Under the pieces are notes generated by a model that saw only the letters and a program-made list of their open reading frames with translations, was not told the DNA's origin and ran no database searches. A DNA stretch of 53,723 nucleotides from Phoronis australis (taxonomy: Eukaryota > Animalia > Phoronida), in NCBI GenBank assembly GCA_002633005.1, contig NMRA01000553.1:228586-282308 (forward strand), given 5' to 3'. This document shows, piece by piece, positions 1-12,620 of the stretch; position 1 is the first letter of the stretch; every line of letters starts with the position of its first letter. The translations under genes and the position numbers were made by a program.

Positions 1-1006
1 GAAGTAGTCGATCGGCTCAGCCTCTCACGAATCACGGCTCGACGAGCTGGTCAAACGCAGACGGCCATCCAGGAAAACCGACGTGAATTCCCAGCGCTGT
101 CATTTACTCCCCGCTCAATTGCTTCCTTCCAATGGCCGTTTTCGTCAACTGCCTGTATTTTCTGTCCATCTTCCATTTTGAAACGGCTACTTTTGAGTTG
201 AGAGCAAAAACAACAACACAGCCACCCTCACGTGTTGGCCGGACTCACTACTCACCACCATGCGCGAGTTAGGTCCTTATAGACATGTTCACCAAAATGA
301 AATTGCGGTTTTCTTGTTAAAATATAGAGTACTATTTTACTTACATTTTGATAATTTAACATGCAAATAGTTTAAAAATGACAATTACAAGTCGATTTTG
401 ACGTCTTCCTTTGTTGACAGTGAAACCGCATTACCGCGTAGTAATCTTGTGTGACGATTCTCTGAGTGTGCAGGGCAAGCCTGGACTGAAAGTGAAATAT
501 CTCGGCCAAAACTTCATCGATTTTCGTGGGACAAAAACGCTTGTTTTTAGAATTTTACGAGGAATTTGTTGATGAATCTTTTACATGTCATTGAAAAAGG
601 CGAAAATACAAACGCGCGAGTCATATTTCTTCAGGCAGCCCTTAGCGGCTTCACGGGCAATAAAATGTAATCGACCGAATAGATTCGTCGACCACACATT
701 TACCCTGTGGTTTTTCCGCTTGATCCCAGACCGCTCCGAGTTGCTCCAGCAGCCAACTCGGGGCGGTCTCTCACGAGGGTTTAGCGTTATGTAGAACCAA
801 CCATTCATAGTCTGTGACTCGTCACAAGAGCTAACACAAGTGATATTGTTGTTTTGCCAGCTCTGTGTCAGTACATTTGGTTTGTTACCAAACAAAATAA
901 TTAATCTATCCAAGAAACCTCACTTCAAGAAGAATCCCTTTAACAAAGTTACACGGAAAACCATCTCGACGAGAGAACGTAATTATTGCACCTGGAAGTA
1001 TTTTAC

Positions 1007-1099
1007 CTGCCGTATTTACTGTCGATACTTTTGGAACTTTGGATGCTTTCGGTGGTTGTCCTATGTCAGATGTCCCAGTAAAAACAACGCCGCGTAGGC
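1007..1099 (-). CDS. Gene X1 short linker exon (GLRGVVFTGTSDIGQPPKASKVPKVSTVNTA); gene probably continues beyond the left window edge
   Basis: tttag|...GCAG|gtaaaa, 93 nt, phase 1-1, open frame; GQPPKAS is conserved with the X2 exon at 12537-12620. Confidence 0.55.
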
Positions 1100-2007
1100 C
1101 TAAATTGGAATAGTCTATTTCATATCGTCATATACAGCTGTACATGCATTGTTCATTACGATTATTAGAGCAAAACAGCGTAGTGCAAATCTATACATGC
1201 ACTGATCGACTTGAAACAGATAATATCGAGGTTGTGTAACGGAATGTTTACTTTGAAATTACACCAGTTAAGAACAAAATATGACGACCAGTTGATATCT
1301 GAACGCGTTTAACCATGTCCAAGTTTTTACCATTGGCGCCAGCAGACAACATCTTTAAAAAAGCTGTGGGCATTTACAACTGCGTTAGCAGGCCTCGAAA
1401 TTGAAACAACCCCTCCATTTTTGCAATATTGTGTCTCAAAATTGGTGAGATTTTAGGGTTTGCGTGCACACGGCTTTACTATGTTGATTCATCTTCTGTC
1501 TAACACGAAAGCGCTCTTTTCACATACGTAATGAAAGTGATCTTCACTTTGAGTTATCGTAATAGTCCAGCAACTCAAGCGCTGATGGACGGAATCACAA
1601 AATCACACCCGATAACCAATTTCTTTTCCATTCAATTCAAAAAGGGATTACTGGTCCTGGGCTCTGTTTTTTGTAACCCGAATCGTTGTTTATTTTTACA
1701 AAAAAAGGAGAATCCACCTGAGAGGACACAAATGATGAGAGCTGGGTTTGGATTTTGGTTTAATTGCCGCTTGGAAAGTCATGGCTTTCCAAACCTTGCT
1801 GAACCTTGCGCGTCTTTTCAAAAGAACACAAACCAGAGTCCGAGGTCTAATCTGTGAACTCGAAGCTCGAGTGAAAAAAATGACAAATGCCTGAGCGCGC
1901 TTCGAGTAAACTTACATTTGTACTCGAGTTATGCAACGTGATTGGGTGGTTTTGAGTTTGAATCCAAGTGGAGTCTGAGTTCGGAGATTAGTTCCGGGGT
2001 ACAGATA

Positions 2008-2690
2008 TTTTTTATTCAATATAATAAGACCGGTACCGATCACACAATTACACAATACAATAGTTTTTTTGTTTAGTCAAGGATCAGTTAAGGTCAATTT
2101 ACAGTGCTGATATGTACAAACTTGGTAATTTAACATTAAAAAACAATAGAGGCTATGACTCATGCAAAATAAACAGAAAAGGTCAAGACCTTGCCAGCGT
2201 TCTATAAATTCACCGTACTTCATATTGTTTATGCAAATCTACCGTTCAGCAGTGGAAATGTACAATGCAAGTTCCTTTTTAAACAGTGCAAGGCAGAGAT
2301 TTTTGCACTTTAGCCTCTGTTTATAAATGTGGTACTTGCCGAGGCAATGAACCATGTACTTTGTAAAACCGCTTCCTTCTGAACACCAAGCAGAACTGAT
2401 TGTAAGGAGAGTTCTAAATTGAGTCCAACAGCATCTTCAAGCCAGTAATTTACTTTAGTCCAAAACTGTTGAGTAACGATACAAGACCAGTGTACATGGC
2501 CAATAGATTTACTTTCATATAAGCAAAACAGGGCACAATGACCTATCAATTACGGCAATCTTGTATAAAAATTCATTACAGCCTATAATTGTATGAACCA
2601 GCCTAAACTGGAACCATCTCAGAGGAACATCTTCGGTAATAGATGTAAGAAAAAACATTTTACCATCATCCTCTAATATCCGGGGGACAT
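2008..2690 (-). mobile_element. 5'-truncated, frameshifted L1/Tx1-clade LINE fragment (ORF2 C-terminal zf-RVT region and 3' tail)
   Basis: Translation TEDVPLRWFQFRLVH...LYKIAVIDRSLC / FCLYESKSIGHVHWSCIVTQQFW ... GKYHIYK...ERW matches L1/Tx1 ORF2 ends. A-rich tail (T-run on + at 2008). Absent from the paralogous X2 intron. Confidence 0.85.
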
Positions 2691-2783
2691 GGGAATTTTT
2701 TTCTGTCGACTGATAGGAACTAAAACTAATCACAGTGCGAATGTAGAGGAAAAAAATAACCTAATTTGTCACAGGAAATCTAC

Positions 2784-3302
2784 CTGGGGTTGATGTTGTC
2801 GTTTGTCGTATTCCCAAAGTTGGTGGTGGCATGTCAGATGTTACCGGTCGTGTGGCGGGTGTTGCTGGTCGTGCGACGGATGTTGCCGGTCGTCGTATGC
2901 CGGATGTTACCGAACGTGTGCCGAGTGTTGCCGGTTGTGTGACGGATGTTGCCGGTCGGTTGTCGGATGTTAATGGTTGTGTGCCGAGTGTTGCTGGTCG
3001 TGCGACGGATGCTGATGGTCGTGTGCTGGGTGTTGCCTGAAGCGTGGCAGATGTTGCCTGTTTTATACCCTTTATTGTAAGTCCTATGCCGGATGTTACC
3101 GGACGTGTGCCGAGCGTTGCCGGTCGTGCGACGGATGTTCCCTGTTGTATGCTGGGTGTTGCTTGTCGTATGCCGGTTGTTGCCGGTCGTGTGCCGGAAG
3201 TTACCGGTCGTGTGTCGTATGTGAGAAGGCTTATGGGGGTTGCTGAAGGCTTTAAGCTGACTGTTACTGATCGCATGCTGGTTGTTGTTGGTATGTGAAC
3301 AA
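2784..3302 (-). CDS. Gene X1 mucin-like S/T/P/R-rich exon built of ~21-nt (7-aa, RPATSGT-type) repeats
   Basis: Pyrimidine tract + catag|TT GTT CAC...ACC CCA G|gtagat; 519 nt, phase 1-1. The same splice sites and flanking peptide occur in X2 (14866-15126). Confidence 0.7.
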
Positions 3303-3987
3303 CTATGGCAATGGAAAATAACACAGAAGACTGATTTAAGCATGCGATGACGTGGAGTTTTAATTAGATCGTATCAGAATGTGCTACCTTAAGACTGAGA
3401 AATAGATAATCAAGAGTTGGAAGTGGGAAGAATCCTGTGGTGCATTTCGTAGACACAGGGGTGACACAGAAAGCAAAATCACACAAGTAAGACACACTGG
3501 CATGGCAGTGCCCGGAAGATGCGTGCCCGTAGTATATTTCCGAGACATTACTAGCGTTGCCTAGCAAAATCAGGGGCAACCATTGAAGTGATACATGTAG
3601 GTCGACGAAGTTGGAATGTTGACTTATAGGATGGGATTCACTGTTTCTGTTCCTGGTTCCCGCATTTTATATAAGGTCGAGAAGTTTCGTCACTTTCCTC
3701 AGATCATCGCAAGTGAAAACCACAGAATTAAAAAGTGAACGTTCGAACACTAGCGTGGCAGTCATGGAATGTAAAGGGGTCCATGGAAAATAAAAAAAAA
3801 TCGTCGACATTCAGGGGCAGAGTTGTTAGTTGATAGAAGTATGATTGTTATTCAAAGAGTGGGAGGCTTCAGAATCAAGGATGTGTATGCTTTCTTTAGT
3901 GTGCATGGCATTAGGTCTATTGCCTTACATATAAATGTGACATAGGCGCGTTAACAAAATCAATGCCATGGTGGTGGTACAGGGCTG

Positions 3988-4260
3988 CTACAAAACAACA
4001 GTGTTGCCATGGGGTTTATGTTTTTCAATGCTCTGGTGGCTAGCCAAGCCGATGTAAAATTCACTGCAGACAGAGCAATTTGTTCTATGTACACGACAAT
4101 GCCGGGTATCTAGATAGGGAATGTTACATTTACGTTTTGACAGTATGAAAGAAACTTTGCCAGTCTTGAAAACACAGAAAACTCGATTGGCTGATGCAAA
4201 TTTGCTAACAAAGCGATGCATTCGCCGTTTGGGACTATAACTGGACTGGCTTTTAAACAA
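3988..4260 (-). pseudogene. Possible degenerate Cys-rich (C-type-lectin-like?) exon remnant of gene X1
   Basis: Frame FCVFKTGKVSFILSKRKC...CSEFYIGL is conserved in X2 (ICVFKTSKVS...KRKC...CNEFYISL). It loosely resembles the CTL C..C and WIGL motifs. No clean splice model. Confidence 0.25.
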
Positions 4261-4956
4261 GGATGTTTACCATGACTTCGTTTTGATGTCATCATGACGT
4301 TTTGGACCCAGTGTGACGGTATGTCTATTCTTATCTCCAAGTCCAAATTGCGTCAGCTACTGCCATGACACGTCATCAATAAACATTCAAATGGTACATC
4401 CAACAGCTGACAACTCTAGCCCTGTCTTTCGACGATTTTGTGTTCCTTGTCTCCTTTTCATTTTGTGACTGTCATAGTAGTGTTTGATCCTTCTGTAGTG
4501 TTCACATTTTAGGTGTTTGATTTTTACTGATGATATTCTAAGCAAAGTAACGAAACGCCCGAATATTGTATACACTAATGGTAAATATGATATACTTCGC
4601 TAAAGCGCTTATTTGTTTCCTTGAGAATCTGGTCGGTAAGCGAAGATTTCTCTTCGTAAGTGCATGTCTGCTGTCGTTGGTGTTGGTGGTATTAAACGCC
4701 GTTTATTCATAAAATTTGCATGTCATAAACAAACCTTTCAAGAACCTACAAAAACTAAAATTCAGTAACCCTCACCTGAACTTAAATAAAATGCCTAATG
4801 GGAGATTTAACAACAAAAGAAGTACCTCGCTAGACTGCCGGCGCTTCCGTTCCAGTGTAATGACACGTGCAGTACTCCCTTCTTTACCACAGTGTAAGCT
4901 AGATGTATGTTCTAACAGATCGAAATAAGCTCCCATCATCAAACCCTAGAACTTAC

Positions 4957-5104
4957 AGCACACGTGAGTATCGTTTACAGTCATATCCGGTCTTAAACCT
5001 CCTGCAGCATGTGGACCGACAGGTTCATGATAGTAATTCAAGGGTAGCAGCATACATGTCAGAAAACTCGGGAGACAACATTCATTGCCGGAAGTAGACA
5101 CCAT
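4957..5104 (-). CDS. Gene X1 putative first coding exon (MVSTSGNECCLPSFLTCMLLPLNYYHEPVGPHAAGGLRPDMTVNDTHVC), possible signal-like segment
   Basis: ATG to T|gtaagt donor, 148 nt. Differences from X2 are mostly third-position in this frame (TGT/TGC, CCG/CCA, AGT/AGC, GTG/GTT). The frame is also open in X3. Confidence 0.6.
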
Positions 5105-8100
5105 CCTGGAAATTCAGTTACTGAAAATATACGCAACGGCGTCTTGTAAAGAAACTATTAGTAAACTATCCGAAAATAAAATCGTAAATCCGTCACTAGA
5201 TTAAACTTGTCCAAAATTTATTTCATTCACGGTACGACGGGAAATTGTTCAAGCAAAAGTAGATGGAAACAGCAACAACGTGAATAGTCGGTAAATCAAC
5301 ATTGGGTGTTGGCTACGACGTGAAATGGAGAACGCCTATCCGCTCGGTATAGAGCAGAGTATTGGCCATCTCGGCCCCAGCTATTACTCAGTCGAGCTTC
5401 TTTAAAAACGATGCTGTTTTGTTTTGAAGTAACCCACATTAGGATTTTTCTAGAGTTACAACATTATCTTAAATAACCAGTTGCTAAGATACATGTATAC
5501 TTACCGTCTAATTGCTGCATTTGAAACTCGTCTGTTTCATGAGTAGCACGCATTCAGTGTGGTCATACATGTACGAGTCACGCTTGGACGCTCTCGTGGT
5601 TATTTTTCAAAATTTCTTTTGTTTACAAACCAGATAATTATATTTAAGTGCAGATTTGAAAGATCACCTATTTGAAACATTTTAGCTAGGATATTTTATG
5701 TTTAAGACATGCTCTTTTCATACGAAAAACCTTGTGATAGTGGTTAATCAATAGGATTGGAATTCCGTACAGTGAAAGTGCAGAATTACGTCATACGTAT
5801 CACACTTGAAGTGCACACCAAATTTTTACCTGCACACGTCGAAATTACACGATCGCGTTTTTGTCGAAACTTCCAAGAAATTTTGCCCATGTCATAAATC
5901 TGAGACGAGTGTAGGATTTGTTTTCTCACATGAATCGTAAAAACGATCTTTTTTGCCGAAAACTCGGCGTTTCTAAAACTTTCAACCACATGACGCAACT
6001 TTCTTAAAACACTTTGCGCAATGTAAAGTAATTCGGTTACTTTTTGTTAATAGTTTTATTTTAAACTTAACAATTGTAAATTGCATTCAGCTTTCGTAGC
6101 AAATATCTAAGTTAGAATCTAATAAATAGTCTTTGAAGTTTTAATATTAAACTTAAAAAATGTTTATAAATAACAGTCAGCAAGTGTTCCCCGCGCGTGA
6201 GCACTGAATTGACCTTGAGACAGCACAGCTAGTCAGTTTCACCGCGTTTACTTAGTTGGGACTCGTCTCCGCTTGAATGAACGTGGATATGGAATTCGCC
6301 GTCGATAATGGGTCCGTTTAAGAAGCTGTTTGCGTGCCCTTCCGACTGGGAGTAGTACATGTACGTACAGTTGCGACAACAGATTTCTCAGTCATAACCT
6401 TGTCACCGTCTTGGAATTCCGGCATTGTTTGATTGGTGTGCGTTTGGTTGCTTTAGTGTTTTGCAGACGATAAAATGTAAAGCGTGTGGATTTCTAATTT
6501 GCACTGCTTAGTGATTCGCCCATGTAACATAAAAATTACGTACTCGGTGTTATTAACCTCTCGTGTCGTAACATATTCCAGGTCATGTGAGAAATATGTA
6601 TTCCATCACGGAGGTTGGTAAGCTTACCGTTGTCAGATTTAGTACGAAACGTAGCTGTTGTATGACGTCATGGGTGCAAACACTTCGCCATTGTTCAGTG
6701 TGTTGCGTTCGAATGACACGATTGTTATGGTTAGTAATCGCGGTATCAATCGACATTGATGTCTAACGTCGGTAATGTTTCTAATTGGTGATGTTCCTTG
6801 AGCAAATTTGTTACTGTTTCTGCATGCAATAAGCTGTTCAGGCTGTTATAATATGCTGGTCTCAAAGATGACGTCAACGCATCAGTCGAATGTGATTGGT
6901 TAAGTATCAGTAAACGGATCCACCGACCACAGTACAGCTAACAAGCGGCAAGGTGGGGGGTCAGCCATTCAGAACCATGTTCAGTCTAATAAATCACATT
7001 AGGGATGAGAGAAATTGAGTGAGGTATGACCCCACAGAATTTGGTGGTTTAAGAGATACAAGGGAAGTCTTCTGGGGGGCAAAATGAGGCAATTTCTTGA
7101 TGCGGAACGAGTCACTTTTGACTACATTTTCTACAGCAGTTTCTGCTTCAAACAGAATCTTTTCTGAATAGTTTTGATATCACATAATAGGTTCATGACC
7201 AATGTAAGAAAAACGGCATCGACACTAAAATATCGGTTACCATGGTAACGCTGGAACTGTTTCCGTGGAGGTACTTTTCATGCGTGTTAAAAAACAGCGG
7301 TAAGTTATACCCTTATAGCGAAGCTGCCCTCACGAGAAAACTGAAAATAATAACATGGACATGTAGAAGACTCTATGCCCTTGAAATTAATTAAAAAAAA
7401 CTTTGTCAACCTTTCAGGCAGGCTTGGTAACAGGTATCTGAATTTCACTATTTCAAGACCGCACACATGTGTATTTGTCGTGTTGAACCAGTCACTAGTT
7501 GTGCGCCGTTTCTACGCATTAAAATGCCGCAATTAAAAGAATTGGTTTGCTTAAATGTTTTTGATTAATTATAAGGAAACAAGCAGTTCCCATTAACATT
7601 ATGAAATTATACTACATTTGTTCATCCAACTCACTGAATACCAAACTAAAGCATACAATATGCGTTAGTTGAAAGATGGCTGATCCGAAGTGCAGGTTTG
7701 CGAATGTACAGTATCTACAGTATTTATCTGGCACTGGCAGTGGCATCAGTCAATGCGGTATTTTTACAAATTACCGAGAGGAATGACTTTGAAAACTCTT
7801 GGGAAATGCACAAGGAATATAGCGAGACATTTGAGAACCTTAAACGTGAGGGAACGTGAAAAAGGTGGAACTTGTCCACCCGAGAAGTAGTCTGTCTGCC
7901 TCGGAGGCAGATGTGCAGCTGGAGCTAGATTATCTACCGTAGTACACTTGTCCGAATCATCGTTACAACCCTCGACATATATTAGCGTCGCTAAAGACAC
8001 CGAGTACATGCACTGCACACAGTACGGGAAATCCGACAAAGGTCTGAAAAATGACCAAAGACGTCAATCAAGGTTCAAGGTCCTGCTTCATGCGAGCTCA

Positions 8101-9244
8101 GGTAGGAATAACCAAACTCCAGGGTCAGACCCTGAGGAATATTTTTAGGAGCACGTCATTCATGCAAAAATACTTATATTGACGCACCGTGATTGCTTAT
8201 AACTTGGGCCTTATTGCTTAATGATACATGTATCTTATTTCAAATGCCTTGAAGTATATGCAGTATGTGTATACATTGACATAGAAAAAGGGAGTTATCA
8301 TAACTTTTCATAATAACCACCAAATGTAATAAACATTTTACATGACTTTTGCCCATGACCTACTTTTAGAGACTAGAGAGTATGTTACATCTGCCATTGA
8401 ATTTCTGTGATTGATTATGGAGTTAATTGAACTTGCCAAATCCGTCAAAAATATTGGGTCAAAAGAAAGCGAGTTAGATTTGGAGCCCATGGATACTACA
8501 GTAACAGTAAGTACTTCTAAAATCTGTAACAAATTTCGTAATTGCCTAAAATCGGTCAATTGTTTTATGTTTCAATGTTATGAAGAGAAATTTAATGCAC
8601 AATTTGTGCATTTCACAATGAACGCTGACACATAGGTAGCGCGGATAATTTAAATAGGTCTCAATATTTTTTTACATGTAATGTGCCATACTTCTGTTTT
8701 ATACCTTTATCCTACTGTCAGGTACATAGAAATTCATTTGGTAAATTTTTATAATCAAATCAGAATGACTTATTAGGGGTGCCTTCACTTGTGACGCATT
8801 CATGTTTTCTGAGCCGAAATGGCCACATTAAATTTAATATGTTTATATTTTTCATTAACGTAATTTTAAGAATCAGGAAAGGCTTATGCTGAAGAAGTGG
8901 CTTCTGCTGAAGTTGGAAACCTGCTAATTATTAGTAAAGGTTGGGAAAGGAAAAGTTCAAAACCAGCAAGAAGGTACCTTTCTAGGCAACTAAGTGAGGG
9001 GACTAGAGTGAGGCCGAAAAGTCTACTCCCAGAAGATGTGAGGAACGAGTCGGGGAAAAGTATTTGCCAAAGATTACTGGCTTGTACCACAACAGGTACA
9101 AATTAATTTGTTGAGATAGGCCATTCTCAGCAACTGTGGGGAAACTGGGACAGTTGGATATAGAAGATATGACAGAGGAAGTGGAGTATGCATTGGAAAG
9201 AGACAATCTGAACTTTAAGATTGTCAAGGATGTAGCATTGTAAG

Positions 9245-9621
9245 AATTCAAAGGGAGGAAACAGTACAGTGGCTGGACCTGTAAATACTCTGGCGGATCT
9301 GCTAAATCCAGTGGTGGTATTATTATGTCAGCGCAGCTGTGTAGGGAAGTAGGCTTGTGTATTGTTTAAGCTTTGTTTGCGCCAGAACTGCTGTGTGAAC
9401 AGGACAAATCTAAATTTACCTGTATTGATTTTTTGCCCAGCCACCGATCATGATCATGAGCCAGTGGATTATGTTGGCACAGTCACGTGATAATGGGTAC
9501 ATTATTCTTTTTGTTTAGCCACTGGATTTTTTGGTCTGATAGGATTTTTCAGTGTGGCCAACACATTTAGACGCTTGTTTCGTGATTTCTGACCACTGTA
9601 CTGTTTCTTGTCCTTGAAATT
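9245..9621. mobile_element. Putative MITE / non-autonomous DNA element with ~30-bp imperfect terminal inverted repeats
   Basis: aattcaaagggaggaaacagtacagtggct at the left versus the reverse complement of the right end, aatttcaaggacaagaaacagtacagtggtc. Confidence 0.45.
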
Positions 9622-10020
9622 GTGAAAATGACCAGAAGTTGTGTTTCCGCATTTTATTTTCAAATATAGATTTTTGTTTGTAAATGAGTAGTACCGTGAA
9701 TTGTTATCTTCTTGTGTAACTGAAGTCCCCTCATGAGCAATTAAAAGTCAAATCCGATGGAAATTTTGAGGATAAAATATCCAAAATGAAGGCCTACTTC
9801 TGTGGATAATAGACCAAAGACCAGGTCGCACCATCGATATGTACTAATCAGAATGTTACAGTGTACACGTTTCACAAACATCGTAAGTCTGGTCTGCGCA
9901 CCACCTGTTGGCCACATCATGTGACCTAATGTGACCGTTTAAGATTTAATTATAAATGTACCCGTATGTACATCTATATTCCACGTTTGCCATTTAATTG
10001 TCTACCTCACGTACTGTATT

Positions 10021-10451
10021 TCACTCAGTGGATATCAGACTTTTAGGTAATTCATTCGTCCCTGGGGTTTCCGCTCTGTTTTCTGCGTTGGAGCTCTCTA
10101 CGTATTCCATGGAGATTTCTGTATCTTCTACAATGGAGCTCGCCGCGTCTTCCAACTGCAAACTTTTAATCTTTTCCTTCGCGTTTTGAATAAGATTATC
10201 GTCCACGTCAGCAAGTCCCGGATGCTTCTCGATGTATTTTTCGTACTCGCCAAGCGCTGGTTCGATGGACGTCCCTCTTTCTATAGCCTCCTTCAAGTTG
10301 TGCTGCAGAACACGTCCATCTACTGCATTCTCGTCCGTTGCCTTAGTAAACCTTGTGGACGAACCCTTATACTTGTAGATAAATACACCGACCCCAATCG
10401 TCACCAGCACTAACACAACGGCAAGCGGCACCGCCCATGCAACATCGGAGA
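10021..10451 (-). CDS. Gene X2 last exon: transmembrane helix (VAWAVPLAVVLVLVTIGVGVFIY-KYK) plus ~115-aa cytoplasmic tail
   Basis: ttgcag| acceptor in phase 1; 23-aa hydrophobic stretch followed by basic residues; open to TGA; paralogous to the exon starting at 20344. Confidence 0.75.
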
Positions 10452-12156
10452 CTGCAAACCAGATCAGAGTCAGTTGCAAGAAATTTTAAGACATGACACT
10501 TGAACCGCCACAGTAAGACAACAAAATGCATTCGGGATTATCAGATGCGCGTAAATTCCTGATAAATTTGTTTTAGTGATTGCTCACAAAATTGTGTTCG
10601 TCACCTTTCACGTTACAAAATTAGTTTCTCTCGTGGATCTGGGGCTAGGGTCTAAATGTTGCATTCGAAGTCGAGCTCGACATTATTTATGCCGTTTTCT
10701 TTTCGTATATAATGCGAACTCCAGATAAGTGGCCATTAATCTGTGAACGATCACTACATTAGGGATTATGCCTGTGAGTTTCTGTTTCAACCTTGCACTT
10801 GATGACCTCTATATCCGTGCTACGAACTCGACTAAAAACTCGAGATTTCGAATTAAAACTTGAAATTTAAAGTTCGGACTCCAACTTTTGTCCTCAATGA
10901 TGGGATCATCAAGTGAAAAATATTATTGTAATGTTATCCACGTAAGGCATTGTGTATTCGAACATAGAATAGCAGACCCCTATCTTCAGTTGGAACAAAA
11001 TAGAAAGGAATAAAAATGCAACAAAAAACTTCGAGTTCGAGTAAGAAGATTAAACCCGAGGCCATTGTTGCATAAAACTTCAAAATTTCTCTGCTGGATA
11101 AGATCGATCACCGCATGACGTCAGCTACCTTGCTCAATTATATCAACTAACACGTGGTAATGCAACGCTGGTCCAACAAATTTAAATTTGATGTTGTCGC
11201 TCAAAGAGGACTTTCTTGGACCATAATCACCGACTAAGATGCCCAAAATGACAGTAAAGGTTGTCGATTTAGCAGGAGTTTCCGAACCGGCTCCGAACTT
11301 ATGACGGTTCAGATGAGAGTAACAAATCATTGCCCTGTTTAACAGACCAACCTTCCAACAACCAGCTTATGATCTCGACCACTTACCGTTACGAAATTGG
11401 TCGAATTAGGGCGGATTTCAGGGCCTCATATAAAAACTTGTAAGTGAAACCGCTCGGAATTTAGGAACCAGAACCAAAGAACATGTTCTCGCAACCCCTT
11501 AGTCGTACGAGAACATTGTATAGATCATCACACGATATTTGTAAGCCCACAGTTAAAATATTATCTTGAGATTATAAATTTTGGAACCGCAAAATCCGTG
11601 AGCAACAAGCCAGAGTTGAGCTGACACAGTGACTACGAATTACCCACCAGCCAAGTACCACCTACTGGTGGCCACGTGCCAGGCGGAAATCTCCGTTAGT
11701 ATCCCGACGACAACAGGGCCCAAGACGGGCACGAAACTTAGGTCCTCAAGTACAACCACGCCGCCTATCGGTAAAAAATCTCCTATAGTACATATCATTT
11801 GTAATGGCGCCAGCTATAAACATTCATTCCACAACTTGCAGGTGGTTATTACTTGAAGTCAGGCTCTACAAATTGGCTTATCACGGCATACCATTTGACG
11901 CGGCAATGGTCTCAAGGAAAAAAACTGTCAGTTCTTTTCAAACGCAAAAACCAATTTTCATCGGATCAAGTAACAACTTGAAACGAAGTTCCTATCGGTA
12001 AGTGGTTTAAATGAAAAAACGCTTCTTGGACGGAATGAGGTTTATAACCACTTTAAGGTTATGTAGGACCTTGCCTATGTGTTTTGTTTTTATACAAACA
12101 TCCTCAAAACTACACATTTCACCTCAGTGAAAGTATATATGTATATATATATACGA

Positions 12157-12250
12157 ATGTATGTATGTATGTATGTATGTATGTATGTATGTATGTATGT
12201 ATGTATTTATGTATTATAAATACACACACACACACACACACACACGCACA
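12157..12250. repeat. Compound microsatellite (ATGT)n + (CA)n
   Basis: Directly visible tandem repeats. Confidence 0.97.
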
Positions 12251-12536
12251 AACACGCATATACACATAAATTCCGAAAGTTGAAAACCTGCACAATTTGA
12301 TTTCTGACTTCATACAAGTTGTGTGCCGCGTGGGTCACAAGACTATGTTTTAGTAAAGTTTATGGAAGAGAAACGTGGATGCATTGAGAATCAATGACGA
12401 TAACAAGAACACGGATAAACTTTGTAAGGACATCTGAATTCTGTTTGCTGACGAAAAGAAAATGAACTGATTGAACAAATAAAAGAATAACCATCGCGAC
12501 AAGAGAACATAATTACTACACCTGGAAGTATTTTAC

Positions 12537-12620
12537 CTGCCGCTCGTGCTGCCGGTGCTTCTGGCAAACCGGATGCTTTCGGTGGTTGTCCCATGCCAGA
12601 TGCTCCAGTAAATACTGTGT
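12537..12620 (-). CDS. Gene X2 short linker exon (DTVFTGASGMGQPPKASGLPEAPAARAA)
   Basis: Donor GCAG|gtaaaa as in X1. The X1-equivalent acceptor is mutated, but in-frame AGs allow starts at 12620 or 12614. Confidence 0.5.

Larger units (their letters stand above)
980..5870. repeat. Segmental duplication unit X1 (paralogous to ~12510-17270 and partly to ~43180-44505)
   Basis: Collinear similarity in exons and introns, e.g. 991 cctggaagtattttacctgcc = 12521; 4951-5120 nearly identical to 16351-16520 and similar to 43900-44070. Boundaries approximate. Confidence 0.9.

Noticed and set aside
2831-3298. Plus-strand and alternative-frame ORFs over the heptad repeat (also 14862-15152)
   Set aside because: By-products of a stop-poor 21-nt repeat; only one frame fits the conserved splice sites.
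4957-5105. Alternative frame DGVYFRQ*ML...LS*TCRSTCCRRF with two TGAs conserved across copies (selenoprotein idea)
   Set aside because: X1/X2 substitutions are mostly synonymous in the ATG frame, which is open in all three copies; no SECIS identified.
8880-9245. Coding-looking plus-strand stretch (...EDMTEEVEYALERDNLNFKIVKDVAL)
   Set aside because: Frames are broken and no motif is recognised; possibly a TE remnant but unsupported.
12084-12313. ORFs across the microsatellite
   Set aside because: Translations of (ATGT)n/(CA)n only.
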